A DNA stretch of 64,000 nt. Origin: Candidatus Lustribacter sp. (lineage in GTDB: Bacteria; Vulcanimicrobiota; Vulcanimicrobiia; Vulcanimicrobiales; Vulcanimicrobiaceae). This document shows, one piece after another, positions 58,042 through 64,000 of this stretch. A program made the position numbers and the translations under genes. The stretch is taken from the NCBI GenBank assembly GCA_965277805.1, contig OZ255842.1, positions 3,488,001 to 3,552,000 on the forward strand, in the 5' to 3' direction. Below the pieces are notes generated by a model, which saw nothing but the letters and a program-made list of their open reading frames with translations, was not told the DNA's origin and searched no databases. Position 1 is the first letter of the stretch; each line of letters begins with the position of its first letter.

Positions 58042-59337
58042 ATGCTGACCCATGAAGAAAACGAGCTGCTGTGTCGCGTCGGGCCCGGTACCGCGATGGG
58101 CAAGATGATCCGCAGCTACTGGATCCCGGCGCTGCTGAGCGCCGACTTGGAAGCCGGCGGCGACCCGAAGCGCGTGCGACTGCTGGGCGAGGATCTGGTC
58201 GCGTTCCGCACCCACGATGGACGCGTCGGGCTGCTCGATGAGTTGTGTCCGCATCGGCGCGCGTCGCTCGCGCTCGGGCGAAATGAGAACGGCGCGCTCG
58301 AATGCCTCTATCACGGCTGGCGCGTCGACTGCGCCGGGCGCATCTTGGACGCACCGGTGGAACCCGAAGAATCGACCTTCAAGGATCGCATTCGCGCTAC
58401 GGCCTACTCCGTCTATGAATCCGGCGGCGTCGTCTGGGCCTACATGGGCGAGCCCGGTCAGGAACCGCCTCCGGTCGATCTTCCGTTCACGCAAGTGCCG
58501 CAGGAAAACGTGTTGACGGTGCGCGTGAACATCAACGCCAACTGGGCCCAGGGGCTCGAGGGCGTGATCGATTCATCGCACACGAACCTTTTGCATCGCC
58601 ACGGCGTGCGTCCGAGCGCCGACGTGACGACGACGACGCTCGATACCGGCATCGTTGCCAAGCGGCCGTCGAACGATACGCGCCCGCGCATGGAAGTGCA
58701 AGATACGCCGTATGGTTTTCGCTATGCCGCGATTCGCAAACCGCTCACGAATCCGGAAACGCAGAAGTATGTCCGCGTGTCGCTCTTCATCGCGCCGATC
58801 TTCGCGATGTTTCCCCCGCCGAAGGGCTGGATTTTTCTGCAAGCGTTCACGCCGATCGACGACGAGCACACGATGTTCTTCTTCTGGCAAGTTTCCGAGA
58901 CGGCGCTCGATGAGAAGCGCCGCGCGGAACTGCTCGAATCGATGTGCTTGCGGCCCGGAGTCGAGCTCGACGATGAGTTCCGCCTGAACCGCAACCGTGC
59001 GAACAACTGGCTGCAAGATCGCGGCGCGATGCGGCGCGGCGAAAGCCACACCGGTATGGGCGGCGGCGTGAGTCCGGAAGACATCGCAGTCCAGGAAAGC
59101 ATGGGGCCGATCCTCGACCGTAGCAAGGAACATCTCGGCGTGAGCGACACCGCGGTGATTCGCTTCCGTCGCATGATGCTCGATGCGGTCAAGCAATTCA
59201 CCGAGCGCGGCGCAACGCCGGTGGGCCTGGGCCAATCGATTCCCTACGCGGATTTGCGCGCGGAAGAGCGCATGCTGCCGATCGATGAATCGTGGCATGC
59301 GGTGAGCGCGGCCGGCGTGGAGCCCGTGCCGGCCTAG
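58042..59337 (+). CDS. Rieske aromatic oxygenase alpha subunit (phthalate dioxygenase-like)
   Basis: CPHR...CLYHGW, EGVIDSSHTNLLH, EDIAVQESMG. Confidence 0.92.
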   Translation: MLTHEENELLCRVGPGTAMGKMIRSYWIPALLSADLEAGGDPKRVRLLGEDLVAFRTHDGRVGLLDELCPHRRASLALGRNENGALECLYHGWRVDCAGRILDAPVEPEESTFKDRIRATAYSVYESGGVVWAYMGEPGQEPPPVDLPFTQVPQENVLTVRVNINANWAQGLEGVIDSSHTNLLHRHGVRPSADVTTTTLDTGIVAKRPSNDTRPRMEVQDTPYGFRYAAIRKPLTNPETQKYVRVSLFIAPIFAMFPPPKGWIFLQAFTPIDDEHTMFFFWQVSETALDEKRRAELLESMCLRPGVELDDEFRLNRNRANNWLQDRGAMRRGESHTGMGGGVSPEDIAVQESMGPILDRSKEHLGVSDTAVIRFRRMMLDAVKQFTERGATPVGLGQSIPYADLRAEERMLPIDESWHAVSAAGVEPVPA

Positions 59338-60260
59338 GTCGCGAGCAGCTCCTCGACGGCAACCGCGCGGCTGATCGAGCCGAACTTGAGCCCGGCCGCG
59401 AGCGCGAGGCGGATCGACTGCAGCTGGGCATCCGGCGCGTAGAACGACCGGTGCTGCTTCGCAGCGCGCGCGACATCCTGATGCGTTGCGGTGGCGAGCG
59501 CGGTTGCGGTTTCGGTCGGATGATCGTTGGCCCAGCGCGCGACTTTATATATTGCCGACGTTAGTTGGCGCGCGACGGCGGCATTCTGCTTGAGCCAGGA
59601 CTCCGTTGCAAACCAGACGCTGGTGGCGTAATCGGCTTGGTACGGATTGGCAAAAATGCGCACGGTCGGCGGTAACTCCGAGATGTAGGGTTCACCCATC
59701 GTTGCCGCGGCGATCGTACCGCGCTCGAGCGCCGCGGCCATTGTCGAGTACGGCATCTCCACGAAGTGAATGGTCGTGAGATCGGCTCCGTTAGCGGCGA
59801 GCCACGCCTTCGTCATGACGAACGACATCGACGATTGCAGCGTGACGACCCCGAGCGATGCACCGTTGAGTTCTTTCGCAGTTTTGATCGGCGATGATTG
59901 CGCCACGCAGACATACGACGTCGCTGTTGTAGGCGTGTACACGGCTCCGGTCGCAAAGATGCGGAACGGGATACCGTGAATGACGCCGTTCGCGATCGCG
60001 AGCGGATCGGCAACGCCTGCATCGAGCGCACCGGAGACGACCGCTGCGGCCGTCGCCGTGCTGCTCGAGAACAGGCTGACGTCCAGCGTGATGCCGGTCT
60101 TGAGCGCCGGCTCGGCGGGCGCAAAGAACAGCGGCTCGGCATACGATCCCGACGGTGAGGTTCCAACCCGCAAGCTCGCGGTTTGCGCGCGCAACGGCGA
60201 TGCCGCCGCAGCCAGCGACAGCGCAGCACCAGAAGCGATGATTTCGCGACGCGTGATCAT
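59334..60260 (-). CDS. ABC substrate-binding protein (NMT1/SsuA type, Tat-like signal)
   Basis: MITRREII; AAAVVSGALDAG, EMPYSTM..AL. Confidence 0.82.
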   Translation of the reverse strand: MITRREIIASGAALSLAAAASPLRAQTASLRVGTSPSGSYAEPLFFAPAEPALKTGITLDVSLFSSSTATAAAVVSGALDAGVADPLAIANGVIHGIPFRIFATGAVYTPTTATSYVCVAQSSPIKTAKELNGASLGVVTLQSSMSFVMTKAWLAANGADLTTIHFVEMPYSTMAAALERGTIAAATMGEPYISELPPTVRIFANPYQADYATSVWFATESWLKQNAAVARQLTSAIYKVARWANDHPTETATALATATHQDVARAAKQHRSFYAPDAQLQSIRLALAAGLKFGSISRAVAVEELLAT

Positions 60261-60793
60261 TCGGCGGATCCACCTTCCTTTGGAGAGTCGTTGCGCACGG
60301 AGAGAAACGCCATCGCGACCACCATGCCGCCGGCGATGGCCAGCGTCGTGAAGACCGGATTGCGCAGCGGCTTGCGCGTGCCGAGCATTGCGTCCATCGA
60401 GACGTTGCCGTAGTCGGTTCCGACGAGCGATAGCGCGACCGCTGCGTAGAGCATCGGCACTTCCATCGATCCCGGCTGCGCGAAGAAGCCGTACTTCAAC
60501 CGCACGCAGCCTTGAGTGACGATCATGAATGAGATGAGCATCGACGAGCCGGCCGGGCCGCCGAAGCCGAGCGCGATCAGCGCGCCCGTGGCGATTTCCG
60601 TCCAGGCCGCAATTGCGGCATACCTTTCCGGCGGATGGAAGCCGAAGCCGTCCATGATCTTCGCGGCGCCTTGCGGACCGGGCCCGCCGAACCAGCCAAG
60701 AGCTTTTTGCGCACCGTGTGCGGCGATGCCGCCGCCCACCGCGAGTCGCGCGCCGAGAACAGTCAGATCGCGTATCATTTCGTTCTGCTTCAC
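60257..60793 (-). CDS. DoxX family membrane protein
   Basis: RLAVG...HGAQK..GWFGGPG. Confidence 0.88.
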   Translation of the reverse strand: MKQNEMIRDLTVLGARLAVGGGIAAHGAQKALGWFGGPGPQGAAKIMDGFGFHPPERYAAIAAWTEIATGALIALGFGGPAGSSMLISFMIVTQGCVRLKYGFFAQPGSMEVPMLYAAVALSLVGTDYGNVSMDAMLGTRKPLRNPVFTTLAIAGGMVVAMAFLSVRNDSPKEGGSAE

Positions 60794-60851
60794 TCCCTAT
60801 GGCCAATTACATGCGCAGGCTGCGCTGAAAACCGGCGCTAACGTATCACTC

Positions 60852-61790
60852 GTGCATCGTTACCAATTCCTTGCCTCAATGAGCGCGACGGCGGCCTTCG
60901 GCGCCTCGACGATACGACGCGCGTCGGCGCAAACCACGCTCACGTCCATTCGCATCGGCTCCACGGCATCGGAGGCGACCGGACAGGCGTTCTATGCCGC
61001 CGATCAAGGCTTTTTCCACAGTCACGGCCTCGACGCGCAAATCACGGCGCTGACATCCGGCCCGGCCGGTGCGGCGGCAATGGTCGCGGGAGATCTCGAC
61101 GTTGTCGAAGTCGATACCGTGACGCTCGCCAAAGCCTACGATCACGATCAGCCGTTCGTCTTCATCGCTGCGGGACTGCTCCACACGCCCAAGGCTCCGA
61201 CGCTCGGCATCATCTTGCGCGATGCCAGCGCGCCGAGCAGCTACAACGGGAAAACGTTTGCCGTAAATGCGCTGCAAAACATCGCCGTCGTCTTGGGCGA
61301 CGCGTGGATCGACCGCAACGGCGGCGACGCAAAAACCCTAAAGTGGGTTGAGATGCCGTTCCCGGCTATGACCGCGGCGCTGCAACGCGGGATCATCGAT
61401 GGCTATCCCGCACCGGAACCGTTTCTCAGCCAAGCCGTAAAAGCCGGACTTCACGTGGATTACTTGGTGAAAAATCCGCTCGCCCCGGCAATCATGCAGG
61501 GCGGCTGGATCGTAACGCGCGACTGGGTGGCGAAGAATGGCGCCACCGCGCGCGCCTTCGCCGCGGCGATGCGCGACGCGGGTAACTGGGCGAACCACGA
61601 TCGCACGGACTCCGGTAACATCCTCGTCAAATATAGTAAGATGGCGCCCGACGTCATCGCCGGCATGGGTCGCGGGGACTACGAGGATCGACTGGATCCC
61701 GCAACGATTCAGCCCCTGATCGATGCGAGCGCGCACTACGGAATCATCTCGAAGAGTTTCCCCGCGCGGAACATCATCGTCACACTCTGA
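60852..61790 (+). CDS. ABC substrate-binding protein (NMT1/SsuA type)
   Basis: YAADQGFFHSHGL, AAMVAGDLDV, EMPFPAM..AL. Confidence 0.85.
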   Translation: MHRYQFLASMSATAAFGASTIRRASAQTTLTSIRIGSTASEATGQAFYAADQGFFHSHGLDAQITALTSGPAGAAAMVAGDLDVVEVDTVTLAKAYDHDQPFVFIAAGLLHTPKAPTLGIILRDASAPSSYNGKTFAVNALQNIAVVLGDAWIDRNGGDAKTLKWVEMPFPAMTAALQRGIIDGYPAPEPFLSQAVKAGLHVDYLVKNPLAPAIMQGGWIVTRDWVAKNGATARAFAAAMRDAGNWANHDRTDSGNILVKYSKMAPDVIAGMGRGDYEDRLDPATIQPLIDASAHYGIISKSFPARNIIVTL

Positions 61791-61828
61791 GGCCTTGCCG
61801 CCCGTGATGCTCGTCGCAGTGGGCGGGC

Positions 61829-63037
61829 ATGAACATCACCGCTCTGCAATTCGGCCTTTATCGCGACGGCGATAATAACCTCGATACGGTTCAGTCACCG
61901 GTCATCGATCAAGCCTTCCGCGTCAGCGCCGCCGACGCCCAAATCGCCGTCACGGTCGAAGATACGACCGCACGGCGCGACTTCGTTCAAGACGGCGGCC
62001 GGCGCACCGAGTCCTACGATCTGCGCGGCGGCGAGATCGACGGTCCGGTGCAGGTCGACGCGCCGCACGACCCATCCTCGCGCGAGAACCTCGCGCGCTT
62101 CGTCGCCCGCACGCTCGATGCGGCGCAGCATAACAATGCCAAACAAACCTGGATCGACCTCGTCGATCACGGCGGCGGCGACGGCGGCGGCCTCGAAAGC
62201 GACAGCCACCACGGGATCATGTCATCGACCGATATGGCCGGCGCGATCGCCGACGGCATCGCACTGCACGCGCAAGCGCATCCCGAAGATGCCGGCCGCA
62301 CGATCGATGGCGTTGTCGCAAACCAATGTCTGATGTCGACGCTGGGGTTTGCCGACGCGCTCAGTCAGGACGGCGTGAAGTATCTCGCGGCATCGCCGGA
62401 GACGATGCTCGCACCGGGCACGCCGACCAGCGTGGCCGAAGACATCGCCAGTCACATCGATGATCCAGCCGCGATGGCGAAGGCGATCGTGAAGGATACG
62501 ATGCACACGAAGTACGGCATGCCCGGCATGGGCTCGTACACGCCGGCCGCCGCAATGGACGTGCTCGATCTCGACGCAACGAAGATCGGCGCGATGCGTT
62601 CGGCAGTGAAGACGCTCGATAGCGCTCTCACGACCGCGGCCAAGAGCAGCGACCCGGCGCGAGCCGCCATTCTCGACGATGCCCGCTCGGTCGATGGCAT
62701 GGTGCGCTTCGACGACGGCAAACTGCCCTGGCACGCCGATCGCCCGGCGATCGCCCTCTACGACACGTTCGCGCGAGACACGCGTCTTTCGAACGACGTT
62801 CGTAGCGCCGCTGCGGCCGCTTCGAAGGCAGTCGGCGACATCGTGCTCGCGCACAAGGAGAGCAAGGATTTCGCCGCCTTCGGCGGAGCCGACTACCGCG
62901 ATGCCGTTGGACCGACCGTGCACTTCGCGACCAATCGCGGCCAACTCGACCCGTGGGCGCCGAAGGTCAGCGAAACGCGCACCGCCTTTTACAAAGAAGT
63001 CGGCGCCGCCAAATTGGACAAAGCCCTGCTTGCCTGA
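61829..63037 (+). CDS. clostripain-related (C11-like) cysteine peptidase
   Basis: DGDNNL, DHGGG, ANQCLM, ASPE motifs. Confidence 0.7.
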   Translation: MNITALQFGLYRDGDNNLDTVQSPVIDQAFRVSAADAQIAVTVEDTTARRDFVQDGGRRTESYDLRGGEIDGPVQVDAPHDPSSRENLARFVARTLDAAQHNNAKQTWIDLVDHGGGDGGGLESDSHHGIMSSTDMAGAIADGIALHAQAHPEDAGRTIDGVVANQCLMSTLGFADALSQDGVKYLAASPETMLAPGTPTSVAEDIASHIDDPAAMAKAIVKDTMHTKYGMPGMGSYTPAAAMDVLDLDATKIGAMRSAVKTLDSALTTAAKSSDPARAAILDDARSVDGMVRFDDGKLPWHADRPAIALYDTFARDTRLSNDVRSAAAAASKAVGDIVLAHKESKDFAAFGGADYRDAVGPTVHFATNRGQLDPWAPKVSETRTAFYKEVGAAKLDKALLA

Positions 63038-63040
63038 GCC

Positions 63041-63069
63041 TTGTACGGCATTCGCCTGAGTAGTACAAT
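63041..63069 (+). promoter_or_regulatory. sigma70-type promoter TTGTAC-N17-TACAAT for mazEF
   Basis: Canonical spacing; -10 ends 7 nt before ATG 63077. Confidence 0.6.
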
Positions 63070-63076
63070 GTTCTAC

Positions 63077-63334
63077 ATGCGATCGGTCATTCGCCGGCTC
63101 GGCAACTCCCAGGGCGTCTCAATTCCAAAAAGCATGCTCGACGAAGCCGGCCTAGCAATTGATTCGCCGATCGATATCGCGGTCGACGGCACGACGATCG
63201 TGCTGCGTAAGGTCGCGGTTCATCCCCGTGAGGGGTGGGAAGCGGACGCCGCACTCGTCACCTATGACGCTGAGGACCGCGATTGGCTCGAAGCCGATCT
63301 CGACGCAAAAGCTCGCGCCGGGCACACGTGGTAG
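63077..63334 (+). CDS. mazE: AbrB/MazE family antitoxin
   Basis: IRRLGNSQGVSIPK, PREGW. Confidence 0.88.
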   Translation: MRSVIRRLGNSQGVSIPKSMLDEAGLAIDSPIDIAVDGTTIVLRKVAVHPREGWEADAALVTYDAEDRDWLEADLDAKARAGHTW

Positions 63335-63651
63335 CCCGGCGCAGCGAGGTCTATTGGGTCAGCCTCGATCCCGCAGTAGGCACCGAGATACGTAAGACAC
63401 GGCCGTGCGTTATCGTCTCACCCGACGAACTAAATTCGCGTCTGCAACATGTCATCGTCGCTCCGCTGACGGGCACGATTCGTCCATATCAGTTTCGGGT
63501 GACAACGAGCGTTGCCGGGCGGCCATCTTCCGTCGTTCTCGATCAACTGCGAACGGTTGATACTGCGCGTCTCGGGGAGCGCGTTGGAAAAGTCGACACG
63601 CGGACGATGCGAGACATCCTTGGCAAACTCCAAGCAATGTTCGCCGAGTGA
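63328..63651 (+). CDS. mazF: MazF/PemK family toxin (endoribonuclease)
   Basis: VSLDPAVGTEIRKTRPCVIVS, APLT, DQLRTVD..RL. Confidence 0.92.
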   Translation: MVARRSEVYWVSLDPAVGTEIRKTRPCVIVSPDELNSRLQHVIVAPLTGTIRPYQFRVTTSVAGRPSSVVLDQLRTVDTARLGERVGKVDTRTMRDILGKLQAMFAE

Positions 63652-64000
63652 GTGCTCTGAGCTAGGCTTCTGCGGCGGGCATTGCGCTTGTAATGCCCGG
63701 TGAACGTCCGATCGGGCGTGCGTTCGACCTCGTGTATCCGGTCCGGCCGTTGACTCACACCGGGCACGCGGATACGCTATCGTGGATACGATGTCGGATA
63801 TCAGGCAAGCTCGCAGCGCGCTCGCGGCGCGTCTTCTTGACGGGCCGGGTACGGCCTCGTCCGCACAGCGCCGCGCAGCGTTCGACAATGCAGCGCCTCC
63901 CGGCGATCTAGGCCGCCTGATCGACAAGGTGGCGAATGACGCCGGCGCGGTCGGAGATGCGGACGTCGGGGCGGTTTTAGCTGCGGGACTCAGCGAAGAC

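Noticed and set aside
63652-64000. Possible ORFs at the window end
   Set aside because: No recognisable motifs, and the frame cannot be chosen from the sequence available.

Overview
GC-rich bacterial chromosomal window. Gene style suggests Candidatus Eremiobacterota/Vulcanimicrobiota, but that is inference only. Aromatic-catabolism genes dominate: three Rieske oxygenase alpha subunits, a dihydrodiol-dehydrogenase-like Gfo/Idh/MocA protein, a 4,5-dihydroxyphthalate decarboxylase, ligABC, a gentisate-type cupin, FAH proteins and LLM monooxygenases. There are nine ABC substrate-binding proteins with no permease or ATPase in the window, a housekeeping block (rpsF-ssb, relA/spoT, apt), a TM0106/RecB-like nuclease-helicase and a mazEF pair. 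The most striking element is in an accessory block (about 26.4-34.6 kb). It is a two-gene candidate RiPP system: a precursor with an N-terminal PqqD/RRE-like domain and six 18-aa tandem cores (EIADRGQEQHHKNAPLRP), followed by a 2OG-Fe(II) oxygenase fused to a RimK-type ATP-grasp ligase. Other oddities are an ssb apparently starting on ATC with no rpsR downstream, an Hcp-like protein with a signal peptide, a deleted DUF1931 remnant, a duplicated HNH-like fragment, and two single-base frameshifts that may be sequencing errors. All family calls come from motif recognition, not database searches.
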